A stretch of DNA of 64,000 bases from contig JACPGM010000053.1 in NCBI GenBank assembly GCA_016188985.1, positions 4,290 through 68,289 of the forward strand, given 5' to 3'. Under the pieces are notes generated by a model, which was not told the DNA's origin, did no database searches, and was given only the letters and a program-made list of their open reading frames with translations. Both the position numbers and the translations under genes were made by a program. Every line of letters starts with the position of its first letter. Positions within the stretch are counted from its first letter, which is position 1. The DNA is from Lentisphaerota bacterium. Its GTDB lineage: Bacteria; Verrucomicrobiota; Kiritimatiellia; JAAZAB01. Below, one piece after another: positions 19,498 to 27,973 of the stretch.

Positions 19498-19953
19498 ATG
19501 GTTAGCAGAGGGTGGTTTATGAAAGCAACTGATCCGGAGAAAAGAATTGGGCGGGTGACTTGCGGCCCGTCCGGGTTAACCCTGGTTGAGGTGGTGATCG
19601 CCATCGGGATCCTGTTGATCTCCACAGGGGCTCTTCTTTGGGCCTTTGTCAGCGCCAAGCACTCGAGCACCGTCGCGCAAAATCGAGTGTTGGCCATGGA
19701 AAATGCCCGTAACGAACTGGAACTGTTGCGGATTCAACCTTATTCGAGTGTTAGCAATTTCGGGCCCGTAGCTATAACCAATGCGATCTTCACGGGCATA
19801 AGCGGCAAGAGGCAATGGACTGTCACGGACTTTACCAATAGCAGCGGTGATAGCATCTATAAGGAAGTGATTGTGACCATCTCCTGGCTCAATCCAGGAA
19901 GCGCAGAGTCAAGTTCACTGAGTAACAGCACGGTCTTTTTTAACACGAATTGA
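19498..19953 (+). CDS. Prepilin-type N-terminal cleavage/methylation domain protein (pseudopilin)
   Basis: PSGLTLVEVVIAIGILLIS prepilin motif; 151 aa. Confidence 0.75.
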   Translation: MVSRGWFMKATDPEKRIGRVTCGPSGLTLVEVVIAIGILLISTGALLWAFVSAKHSSTVAQNRVLAMENARNELELLRIQPYSSVSNFGPVAITNAIFTGISGKRQWTVTDFTNSSGDSIYKEVIVTISWLNPGSAESSSLSNSTVFFNTN

Positions 19954-19973
19954 CCGGGGTAGGGTGAAGCATC

Positions 19974-21110
19974 ATGAAAACCGGGGAATCAGGCGTTGTA
20001 TTGGAGGCCGTCGTCATTTTTGGCGGTTTGGCCTGTATTCTGGCCGCCGGCATCTACGTGGCCGGCAGTTCCACCGTGGTCAGCTCGGCCCGGACCATCC
20101 GATTTGAAAAAGCTTTTCTGATTGCCGAAGCTGGCGCTGAACGGGCCAAGGCCGATCTGAGCACTAACGCTGATAATATCAACACTATCTTAACCGGCGC
20201 CGATGGCCTTACCAACACGTCCGACGACGGCATTTTAAGTTTTGGCGCCGCAGTGCCCTTTGGCGGCGGAGCCTTTTCCACACGGGTCTGGGACAACAAC
20301 GACAGCGATCCCAGCCTGTTCGTGGATACGGATTGGACGGTTATTATTCGCTCCACCGGTGCCTGTGAAAACGTTCAGCGGGTTTTGGAACTGGCCGTCA
20401 CGGTGTCTAACCCCCCAGCGCCGCCGGCCGATAGTGACGGGGCTTTGGCTATTTATGGGAGTAATACTACCGTGGATGTCGGCGGGAATTCGTCCATTAA
20501 TGGCAATGATTGGGGTGTGCCGGATGATTTTGATTGCACGGGGGCTGCCTGTGACGGCACGCTGACGACCAATCCGGCCGGGCCGGGCGTGTTTTCATCC
20601 ACCAACACCACGCCGACCATCGGCGGCTCGGCCGTCGTGGTGGGTGATCCGCCCGTAACCAATAATGCGACGGGCGACTATGATGCGCAGTATTGGCAAG
20701 CCCAGGTTGACTACTGGACGCCCTTGGCCTCCCTTTCAATCAGCGGCAGCGTTCCCAATGATGCTTACCTCGGGACGCGCGATAACCCGCAAGTTACGCT
20801 GGCTACAGGCGATGTCAATATTGATGGTAATGTGTCCGGGGCTGGTGTTCTTATTGTCCAGCCCGGCGTTGATATCACCATTGCCGGCACGTTTCATTAC
20901 GAAGGGCTGGTGATTCTCCTGGGCAATGTAACTTGCACGGCCCTGGGCACGGCCGACATATTTGGCGCCGTGACCGTCGTGGGTGGAGACAACAGTGTTT
21001 CTCTGAATGGGTTTCCGTCAATCAAATATAGCACCGAGGCGCTGGCCAATCTGGTTAACCTGCCCTTACCCGGCCCGCTCGCGGTGCAATACTGGCGCGA
21101 AATCAAATAA
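19974..21110 (+). CDS. PilX-like / pseudopilin-associated secreted protein, paralog 1
   Basis: N-terminal hydrophobic PilX_N-like segment; 378 aa, Thr/Asn/Gly-rich; ~75% identical to 21450..22595. Confidence 0.6.
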   Translation: MKTGESGVVLEAVVIFGGLACILAAGIYVAGSSTVVSSARTIRFEKAFLIAEAGAERAKADLSTNADNINTILTGADGLTNTSDDGILSFGAAVPFGGGAFSTRVWDNNDSDPSLFVDTDWTVIIRSTGACENVQRVLELAVTVSNPPAPPADSDGALAIYGSNTTVDVGGNSSINGNDWGVPDDFDCTGAACDGTLTTNPAGPGVFSSTNTTPTIGGSAVVVGDPPVTNNATGDYDAQYWQAQVDYWTPLASLSISGSVPNDAYLGTRDNPQVTLATGDVNIDGNVSGAGVLIVQPGVDITIAGTFHYEGLVILLGNVTCTALGTADIFGAVTVVGGDNSVSLNGFPSIKYSTEALANLVNLPLPGPLAVQYWREIK

Positions 21111-21200
21111 ACGTTGCGGGCTTCTTCCTTCCTACCAATCCGTTCCCAGCGGGTGCGTAGCGCCTCAGTTATTTGGGGTCGGCGATCCAAATGTCCTCAG

Positions 21201-21293
21201 CAAGCTGAGGCCCTACGTAGGGCGCGACCACGCCTCTGGCGTGGTAAACCTCGTGCCAGCCACGCGAAACGCGTGGTCGCGCCATTTTACCCC
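21201..21293. repeat. Hairpin repeat family D copy 1 (~93 bp)
   Basis: caagctgaggccctacgtagggcgcgaccacgcctctggcgtggtaaacctcgtgccagccacgcgaaacgcgtggtcgcgccattttaccc; 92/93 identical to 24482..24574; internal inverted repeats gcgcgaccacgc / gcgtggtcgcgc. Confidence 0.85.
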
Positions 21294-21449
21294 TAGATAA
21301 CTGAGACACGGGTCCCAACGGGTGCCAAAAACGGGCTTGACAGCAGCTTCCAATTAGATTAGTCTATTTTTGGTTAATGATTGAATTGGGTCTATTTACA
21401 TGGTTCCAAACCATATAAGTAGGGCCACAATAAGCGTTTCACGCGGGAA

Positions 21450-22595
21450 ATGGGCCTCATGAAAACCGAGCAATCCGGCTTTGCTTTAGTGATTGTCGTT
21501 ATCCAGGCCAGCCTGGCTTCAATCATGGCCGCCGGCCTGTACATGGCCAGCGGTTCTACGGTTGCCCGCGCCAACCGGACGCTTCATTTTGAAAAATCAT
21601 TTCTAATTGCCGAAGCGGGCGCTGAACGGGCCAAGGCCGTCCTGTCCACTAATGCTGATAATATCAACACTATCTTAACCGGCGCCGATGGCCTTACCAA
21701 CACCTGCGACGATGGCATTTTGAGTTTCGGCAACTCGGTGTCCTTTGCTGGCGGAGACTTTTCCGTGCTGGTCTCCGACAACGCTGACAGTAATCCCAGC
21801 CTATTCGTAGATACGGATAATACGGTCATTATCCGCACTACCGGCACCTATGAAAATGCCCGGCATGTGCTGGAATTGTCGGTCACGGTTACCAACCCGT
21901 CCGCCCCGCCGGCCGATACCGATGGCGCTCTGGCTATTTATGGAAGCAATGCTACGGTGAATGTTGGCGGCAGTGCGTCCATTGATGGCCGAGACTGGGC
22001 GGTCCCCGCTGATTTTGACTGCACGGGGGCCGGCTGCGACGGCGCGTTGACGACCAATGCGGCCGGGCCGGGCGTGTTTTCAGCTACCAACACGACAACC
22101 ATTAACGGCTCGAACAACATTGTGGGCAATCCGCCCGTGACCAATAATGCCGTCGGAGAGTATGACGAGCAATATTGGCAGGACCAGGTTGACTACTGGA
22201 CGCCCCTGGCTTCCCTTTCGATCAGCGGGAATGTGGCCAATGGCTCTTCCTTCGGGACGCGGACCAGTCCCCAGATTACCATTGTTACGGCCGACGCCAG
22301 TATTGCTGGCAATGTGGCTGGCGCTGGCGTGCTCATTGTCATGCCCGACGTTGATATCAGCATTTCGGGCACGTTCCATTATGAAGGGCTGGTGATTCTC
22401 CTGGGCGACGTGGTGTGTACGGCCCTCGGCACGGCCGACATATTTGGCGCTTTGGTGGCGCTTGGTGGGGAAAATAGTGTCACGCTGAATGGGCATCCGA
22501 ACGTCAAATACAGCACCCAGGCTCTGGCCAACCTGGCCAACATGGACGATTTACCTCCTCCGCTCTCGGTTCAATACTGGCGAGAAATTAAATAA
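21450..22595 (+). CDS. PilX-like / pseudopilin-associated secreted protein, paralog 2 (tandem duplicate)
   Basis: N-terminus SGFALVIVVIQASLASIMAAGL (PilX_N-like); collinear with 19974..21110 including conserved DFDCTGAxCDG and the C-terminus VQYWREIK. Confidence 0.6.
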   Translation: MGLMKTEQSGFALVIVVIQASLASIMAAGLYMASGSTVARANRTLHFEKSFLIAEAGAERAKAVLSTNADNINTILTGADGLTNTCDDGILSFGNSVSFAGGDFSVLVSDNADSNPSLFVDTDNTVIIRTTGTYENARHVLELSVTVTNPSAPPADTDGALAIYGSNATVNVGGSASIDGRDWAVPADFDCTGAGCDGALTTNAAGPGVFSATNTTTINGSNNIVGNPPVTNNAVGEYDEQYWQDQVDYWTPLASLSISGNVANGSSFGTRTSPQITIVTADASIAGNVAGAGVLIVMPDVDISISGTFHYEGLVILLGDVVCTALGTADIFGALVALGGENSVTLNGHPNVKYSTQALANLANMDDLPPPLSVQYWREIK

Positions 22596-22640
22596 AAGTA
22601 GCGGGCCAATCCACCCTGACTCGTCGCCTCACCATGGAGT

Positions 22641-22736
22641 GTCATTCCGGGCTTTCCGCCTTGGGCGGATCCGCCTGTGGAGGAGACCCGGAATCCAGTT
22701 TTCCTGGTCTGGATTCCCGCCTGCGCGGGAATGACA
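22641..22736. repeat. Nested-hairpin repeat family H copy (gtcattcc...ggaatccag...ctggattcc...ggaatgac) containing a ccgcc-N-ggcggatccgcc core
   Basis: gtcattccggg[ctttccgccttgggcggatccgcctgtggaggaga]cccggaatccagttttcctggtctggattcccgcctgcgcgggaatgaca. Confidence 0.75.
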
Positions 22737-22763
22737 AGGAGGGTCTGATCTCCATTGCGGGGA

Positions 22764-23492
22764 TCAGGAATTGAACTGCGTGTCGGCGTCTATCGGCAAC
22801 AGGGTCTGCAGGGCTTCGCGGGCCGCCGCCTGTTCGGCATCCCGCTTGCAGGCGCCCTGGCCGGTGCCCCAAACCTTGCCCGCGAGAGCGACCTCCACGG
22901 TGAAGATGCGCTCGTGCGGCGCCCCGTCCAGCTTGACAAGATGGTAAGCGGGATTTTTTTTCCAGCGCTGTTGGGCCAGCACCTGCAAGTGCCCCTTGGG
23001 ATTATCCCGCCAGTTGTCCTGCGGATGGATTTCGATCAGCGCCACGAACAGTTTTCGGAATATCCTGTCCACGGCTTTCAAGTCCCCATCCAGGTAAGCC
23101 GCGCCCAGGATTGCTTCCAGCGCATCGCCGATATTGGAAGCGCGCCGGTGGCCTCCGGAAGCCTGCTCGCCCTTGCCCAGTTTGATGGCTGCGCCCAGGT
23201 CAATCGAGGCGCCAATCCGGGCCAGGGCCTTGCCGCTGGTCAGACGGCTGCGCAGCAAGGTCAGCGGCCCTTCTTTGATCTCAGGATACATCCGGAACAG
23301 GTAATTGCTGGCTACCAGGCTTAAGGCCGCATCGCCCAGGAACTCCAAGCGCTGATTGTCGTTGCGGATCTCGGCGCTTTCATAGCGATAGGACCGGTGC
23401 AGCAGGGCGTTGGCCAGCAGTTCCCTGTTGCGGAAAGTATAGCCCAGCAATTTCTCCAGCGACCGATAAGGATTATGGAAGAATCGTCTCAT
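22764..23492 (-). CDS. rnc: Ribonuclease III
   Basis: RNase III signature ERLEFLGDAAL, C-terminal dsRBD; 242 aa. Confidence 0.92.
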   Translation of the reverse strand: MRRFFHNPYRSLEKLLGYTFRNRELLANALLHRSYRYESAEIRNDNQRLEFLGDAALSLVASNYLFRMYPEIKEGPLTLLRSRLTSGKALARIGASIDLGAAIKLGKGEQASGGHRRASNIGDALEAILGAAYLDGDLKAVDRIFRKLFVALIEIHPQDNWRDNPKGHLQVLAQQRWKKNPAYHLVKLDGAPHERIFTVEVALAGKVWGTGQGACKRDAEQAAAREALQTLLPIDADTQFNS

Positions 23493-24376
23493 GCGCGCGG
23501 ATGGAACTTTTCGTGAATGGCTTTTAAGCGCGAGGAGTCAACGTGCGTGTAAATCTGCGTCGTGGCAATGTCGGCATGGCCCAGCATTTCCTGGATGATC
23601 CTGAGCGGCGCGCCATTGTGCAACAGGTGGCTGGCAAAGGAGTGCCGCAGGGTGTGCGGGCTGATCGGCTTGATGATCCCGGCTTTGTGAGCATATTGCT
23701 TGAAAAGTTTCCAGATGCTCTTGCGATTGAAAGCCTTTCCCGCGCGCGTGAGGAACACGAAACTCGTTCGTGGGTCGTTACTCAAGCGTGGACGCGCCTC
23801 TGCCAGGTAGCGCTTCAGCACGCGACCGGATTTTTCCGAGAAGGGCACCACCCGTTCCTTTTGGCCTTTGCCGACGCAGCGCAGATAGCCGGCGTCAAAA
23901 TGAACGTCGCCAAGCGTCAGGCCGCACAGTTCCGAGACGCGCAGGCCCGTGGCATAGGCGATTTCCAAGAGCGCCCGGTCGCGCAGGGCCTGCGGTTTGT
24001 CGCCCGCGGGAGCCTCCAGCAGGCGCTCGACTTCTTTGAGCGAGAGGGTCTCGGGCAGGACCTTCCAGAGACGCGGCGATTCCATCACGTCGGTAATGTT
24101 GCGGCTTAAAAGACCTTCCTGATGCAGATACCGGAAAAAAACCTTGATGGCCACAAAAAGGCGCGAAATGGAGTTGAGACTGAGTCTGTGCTCCTTGGCC
24201 TCCATCAGAAAGTCGAGGATGTGCTGGCGGGATACGGCGTTAACCGTGGTCAGCTTGCGGCGTTCCAGGAAGCGAATGAATTTGACGAGGTCGGCGCGAT
24301 AGGCCGCCTGGGTATTGGGGCTTAATCTCCGCTCTAAAGCCAGGTAATCAATAAACTGGTCAATGAGGGCGTTCAT
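23489..24376 (-). CDS. xerD: Tyrosine site-specific recombinase XerC/XerD
   Basis: N-terminal core-binding domain, C-terminal catalytic R..HxxR..Y (LRHSFASHLL ... IYTHV); 4-nt overlap with rnc. Start taken at MNALIDQF (ORF-track start 24484 lies in a repeat). Confidence 0.85.
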   Translation of the reverse strand: MNALIDQFIDYLALERRLSPNTQAAYRADLVKFIRFLERRKLTTVNAVSRQHILDFLMEAKEHRLSLNSISRLFVAIKVFFRYLHQEGLLSRNITDVMESPRLWKVLPETLSLKEVERLLEAPAGDKPQALRDRALLEIAYATGLRVSELCGLTLGDVHFDAGYLRCVGKGQKERVVPFSEKSGRVLKRYLAEARPRLSNDPRTSFVFLTRAGKAFNRKSIWKLFKQYAHKAGIIKPISPHTLRHSFASHLLHNGAPLRIIQEMLGHADIATTQIYTHVDSSRLKAIHEKFHPRA

Positions 24377-24481
24377 GGAGCAAGCACAAAAGAAAACGTC
24401 CAGTAATGGGTCGGTTACGCGGGGAATCGATCCCAATGGCCTCAGCCCGCCTGCAACGCTATGCGTAGCATTGCGGGCAGG

Positions 24482-24574
24482 CAAGCTGAGGCCCTACGTA
24501 GGGCGCGACCACGCCTCTGGCGTGGTAAACCTCGTGTCAGCCACGCGAAACGCGTGGTCGCGCCATTTTACCCT
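24482..24574. repeat. Hairpin repeat family D copy 2
   Basis: Near-identical to 21201..21293; lies between xerD and the lipoprotein gene; the ORF-track extension of xerD runs into it. Confidence 0.85.
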
Positions 24575-24578
24575 TTGC

Positions 24579-24891
24579 TTACGGCTTTGCCGCAACGGCG
24601 TTCGACGAGGCCGGGATGTCATTGGCGTCAAAACCGGCCCCGGCAATGGTGTACTCGATATTCTTGCGGGCAATAACCATGGAGTCATAAACGACCGTCA
24701 GGGTGCGCGCCTGGAAATCCGGCCGGATGGTTTTAATGCCCGGCTGACGCATAAAGGCTTCCTGGATAATCTGCGCGCAGGCCGGGTCTTTCAGGCCCGG
24801 CACGGCGATAGTCGCCTCACGAATATCATGTTGGCGGCAGCCAATCAGACTGATGATCAGCAGCACGACCGGCATAACTATTTTCCACATG
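24579..24891 (-). CDS. Small lipoprotein with HMA-like fold
   Basis: Lipobox LIGC after a signal peptide starting MWKIV; ferredoxin-like beta-alpha-beta-beta-alpha-beta pattern but only one Cys (no MxCxxC). Confidence 0.45.
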
Positions 24892-25002
24892 CGAATCCCC
24901 TTTTTTTGATAGCGCGTTTTTTCTGTTAATGAATCACATTTCTTATACACTAAACGACCGCTGGAAATCAATAGAAAGGAATGGTAACCCCTTAGCCTAA
25001 TG

Positions 25003-25077
25003 TGGGCAAGAGGTAGGGCGCTTTCGCCGAAAGCGCCGCGGACGGCTCGGCGAGCCGTCCCTACCATCATGCGACCA
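25003..25077. repeat. Repeat family E copy 1 (nested-palindrome element in the ilvD leader), flanked by a 15-bp direct duplication
   Basis: gggcaagaggtagggcgctttcgccgaaagcgccgcggacggctcggcgagccgtccctacc; tcaatagaaaggaat occurs at 24966..24980 and 25089..25103 on either side. Confidence 0.75.
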
Positions 25078-25111
25078 CCTCGTAAGTAACTCAATAGAAA
25101 GGAATCTTACC

Positions 25112-26779
25112 ATGTATAGCGATCAGATTAAACAAGGCCTGGAGCGCGCTCCGCACCGAAGCCTGTTGCGCGCTCTGGGGGTTAAAGCCGAAGACCTGAA
25201 TAAACCTTTTATCGGCGTCTGCAACTCGTTTACCGAGATCATTCCCGGCCATATGCACCTGAATGCGGTTGGGCGGCGCATCTGCCGGCAAATCCGTAAA
25301 GCCGGCGGTGTTCCGTTTGAATTCAACACCATCGGTATTTGCGACGGGCTGGCGATGGGCCACCGGGGCATGAAGTATTCGCTGCCAAGCCGGGAATTGA
25401 TTGCCGACAGCGTAGAGGCGATGGTGCGCGCCCATTGTTTTGACGCGCTCCTCTGCCTTACTAACTGCGACAAGATCGTGCCCGGCATGCTGATGGGCGC
25501 CTTGCGGGTCAACGTGCCCACCATCATGGTCAGCGGCGGCCCGATGGCCGCCGGCCGATCGCCGGATGGCAAAACCCTCGACCTGATCAGCGTCTTTGAG
25601 GGCGTGGCCTCCTGCCGCAGCGGCACAATGACTGAGGCCGAATTGGAAACCGTTACCGCCCATGCCTGCCCGGACTGCGGGTCCTGTTCCGGCCTGTTCA
25701 CGGCCAATTCGATGAACTGCCTGTGCGAGGCTTTGGGCGTGGCCCTGCCGGGTAATGGCACCATCCTGGCGACCGATCCCAAGCGCAAGGCGCTTTATAC
25801 CAAGGCGGCGAAGCGTATTGTGGAAATGGCCAAGGCCGGCGCCCCAAAACCGCGGGACTTGGTTTCGCTGGAATCGTTGGATAACGCCTTTGCCCTCGAT
25901 ATGGCCATGGGCGGCAGCACCAATACCGTCTTGCACGCGCTGGCCATTGCCCACGAAGCGGGTGTGCGCTATGATCTTAACCGGATTAACGACCTGTCCA
26001 AACGTTGTCCCAACATCTGCCGCGTTGCGCCCTCCAGCTCATATCACATGGAGGATGTGGACCGCGCCGGCGGCGTCAGTGCGATTATTAAAACGATCCA
26101 GGCGGTTCCCGGCCTGATCCATGCGCAGGCGCTGACCGTGACCGGCCGGTCGCTCGGGCGCAGTGTAAGCCGGGCCAAGGTCGCGGATTCGGCCGTTATC
26201 CGGCCATTGGATAATCCTTATTCCCCGCAGGGAGGCTTGACTATTCTCTGGGGCAACCTGGCGCCGGAAGGCGCCGTGGTCAAGAGCGCCGGTGTGGCGC
26301 CTTCCATGTTGTCCTTTGAAGGCGCCGCGGTGATCTTTAATTCCCAGGAAGAAGCTTGCGCCGGCATTCTGGCCGGCAGAGTCAAGGCGGGCCAGGTCGT
26401 GGTCATCCGCTACGAAGGCCCGAAAGGCGGACCGGGCATGCAGGAAATGCTCGCGCCCACTTCCTACATCATGGGCCGCGGGTTGGGCGAACAGGTGGCT
26501 TTAATTACCGATGGCCGGTTTTCGGGTGGGACCCGCGGGGCCTGCGTTGGGCATGTTTCTCCGGAAGCCGCCGCCGGCGGCCCGCTGGCGCTCCTTCAGG
26601 AAGGCGATATGATTCGCATTGATATTCCCGGCCATTGCTTGGAAGTCAAACTGACCGAAGCCGAACTCCAACGTCGCCGCACTGAGCTTAAGCCCTATGC
26701 TCCGCCAGCCTTGTCCGGCTACCTGAAACGCTACGCCGAAAGAGTCGGCGGCGCGGGTAGCGGCGCGGTGTTAACTTAA
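25112..26779 (+). CDS. ilvD: Dihydroxy-acid dehydratase
   Basis: 555 aa; conserved [15 protein letters not shown] and Fe-S cysteines; N-terminus [19 protein letters not shown] is typical of IlvD. Confidence 0.95.
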   Translation: MYSDQIKQGLERAPHRSLLRALGVKAEDLNKPFIGVCNSFTEIIPGHMHLNAVGRRICRQIRKAGGVPFEFNTIGICDGLAMGHRGMKYSLPSRELIADSVEAMVRAHCFDALLCLTNCDKIVPGMLMGALRVNVPTIMVSGGPMAAGRSPDGKTLDLISVFEGVASCRSGTMTEAELETVTAHACPDCGSCSGLFTANSMNCLCEALGVALPGNGTILATDPKRKALYTKAAKRIVEMAKAGAPKPRDLVSLESLDNAFALDMAMGGSTNTVLHALAIAHEAGVRYDLNRINDLSKRCPNICRVAPSSSYHMEDVDRAGGVSAIIKTIQAVPGLIHAQALTVTGRSLGRSVSRAKVADSAVIRPLDNPYSPQGGLTILWGNLAPEGAVVKSAGVAPSMLSFEGAAVIFNSQEEACAGILAGRVKAGQVVVIRYEGPKGGPGMQEMLAPTSYIMGRGLGEQVALITDGRFSGGTRGACVGHVSPEAAAGGPLALLQEGDMIRIDIPGHCLEVKLTEAELQRRRTELKPYAPPALSGYLKRYAERVGGAGSGAVLT

Positions 26780-26780
26780 G

Positions 26781-26835
26781 AAATGCAGAATGCAGAATGC
26801 AGAATGCAGAATGCAGAAACATCGAATATCGAATG
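26781..26835. repeat. Heptamer microsatellite (AATGCAG)x5 followed by (ATCGAAT)x2
   Basis: aaatgcagaatgcagaatgcagaatgcagaatgcagaaacatcgaatatcgaatg directly after the ilvD stop. Confidence 0.9.
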
Positions 26836-26899
26836 ACGGAGTAAGAACAAAGAAGAACCAGGAACCGTTGTGTGCCGCGGTAGCAGTTTATCCGCCGTA

Positions 26900-27140
26900 G
26901 CTTCTTAGCGAAGGCGGATGGCCACTGTGGCTCGAATTCGGTTTCCCGCGCGAGCGGGATTCGGGAAAGCAAGGCAAGCTTGGGATGAATGCCGGTGCGC
27001 CGCGTGAAGTCATAGGACTTCTGTCCATGCGAGCGCGGAAAAACCGGCAGGCGGCCCAAGATCGCCGCCGCATTTCCCGAACCGAATTCGAGACGCATTG
27101 ACCCAGAACAGGCAGTCTTGGGTTGCGGGCACAGCCCGCA
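26900..27140. repeat. Intergenic repeat family C copy 2 (inverted)
   Basis: cgaattcggtt...gatcgccgccgcatttcccgaaccgaattcg...cttgggttgcgggcacagcccgc. Confidence 0.7.
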
Positions 27141-27144
27141 TTGG

Positions 27145-27543
27145 TCACTGGAAATGCGTTAGGATGTACTGGATTGCCGCCGGCAGAGAGGGCAGGATCT
27201 TGGTGCAGTAGCGCACCATCCAGGGACTGCTGTCCTTGAAGCTGAACGGTGAAAAGGCCACCACGAATTTGCCCAGGTCATGCGCGGCGTAAAACACTTC
27301 CATGGCCGTGCCGATGGAGGGTTTGTTGTAATTGACCAGCAGCACCTCCGCGTTGCGAATGTCAGACAAGTCAAATTCCACGATTTCGTTGGCGCTATCC
27401 ACCTCGCGGTCCTTGAAGTTCCGGCGCATGGGATCCAGAATGATGAAGGCGCCGCCGAGTTCCTGGTTGGCCGTCTTGCGCCAGTCGTGGGCCGCGCCGC
27501 CGGCTTCGTCCATGATCGGACCACAGAGGTAAATGGTTTTCAC
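27145..27543 (-). CDS. Nucleoside 2-deoxyribosyltransferase family protein
   Basis: MKTIYLCGPI N-terminus and ~130 aa size typical of PF05014-like proteins. Confidence 0.55.
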   Translation of the reverse strand: MKTIYLCGPIMDEAGGAAHDWRKTANQELGGAFIILDPMRRNFKDREVDSANEIVEFDLSDIRNAEVLLVNYNKPSIGTAMEVFYAAHDLGKFVVAFSPFSFKDSSPWMVRYCTKILPSLPAAIQYILTHFQ

Positions 27544-27683
27544 GACCTCAGGTTAGCAGGCTATCCCATGGGAAACAATTCTTTCTTTTCGCTTGACCAC
27601 GGACAGGGCGCAACCTATTGTCGCTTTGTGAATTAGGTCACAAACGCAAGTAAGCATAATCACGTTCGGGAGGTAATCAAACA

Positions 27684-27971
27684 ATGACCAAACGAGATCT
27701 GGTTGTCCGTATTGCCAGGGAAACCGGGCTGATCCAGCTTGATGTGTTGGCCGTTCTTGAAAAAACGCTTAATTATATCATGGAAAGCCTGGCTAAGGGC
27801 GAAAACGTGGAGTTTCGCAACTTCGGCGTTTTTCAAGTGCGCTTGCGCAAATCCCGCATTGGCCGCAACCCCAATCAGCCCACCCACGTGGTAACCATCC
27901 CTGCCCGTAAAGTGGTCAAATTCAAGATGGGCCGGATCATGAAGGCCCGGGTGATGAAACCCGTCAAGTAA
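27684..27971 (+). CDS. HU/IHF family DNA-binding protein
   Basis: 95 aa; conserved GRNPxT arm region GRNPNQPTHVVTIPARKVVKFK. Confidence 0.85.
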   Translation: MTKRDLVVRIARETGLIQLDVLAVLEKTLNYIMESLAKGENVEFRNFGVFQVRLRKSRIGRNPNQPTHVVTIPARKVVKFKMGRIMKARVMKPVK

Positions 27972-27973
27972 TA

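Noticed and set aside
23489-24484. Longer XerD start at 24484 (ORF-track start)
   Set aside because: The extra 36 codons run into repeat family D and lack recombinase N-terminal homology; start reassigned to 24376 (MNALIDQF).
25091-25954. 287-aa minus-strand ORF
   Set aside because: Antisense to ilvD.
26781-26835. Possible CRISPR array (regularly spaced short repeats)
   Set aside because: The units are contiguous 7-mers with no spacers, there are no cas genes, and other repeats in the window are dispersed single copies; not CRISPR.
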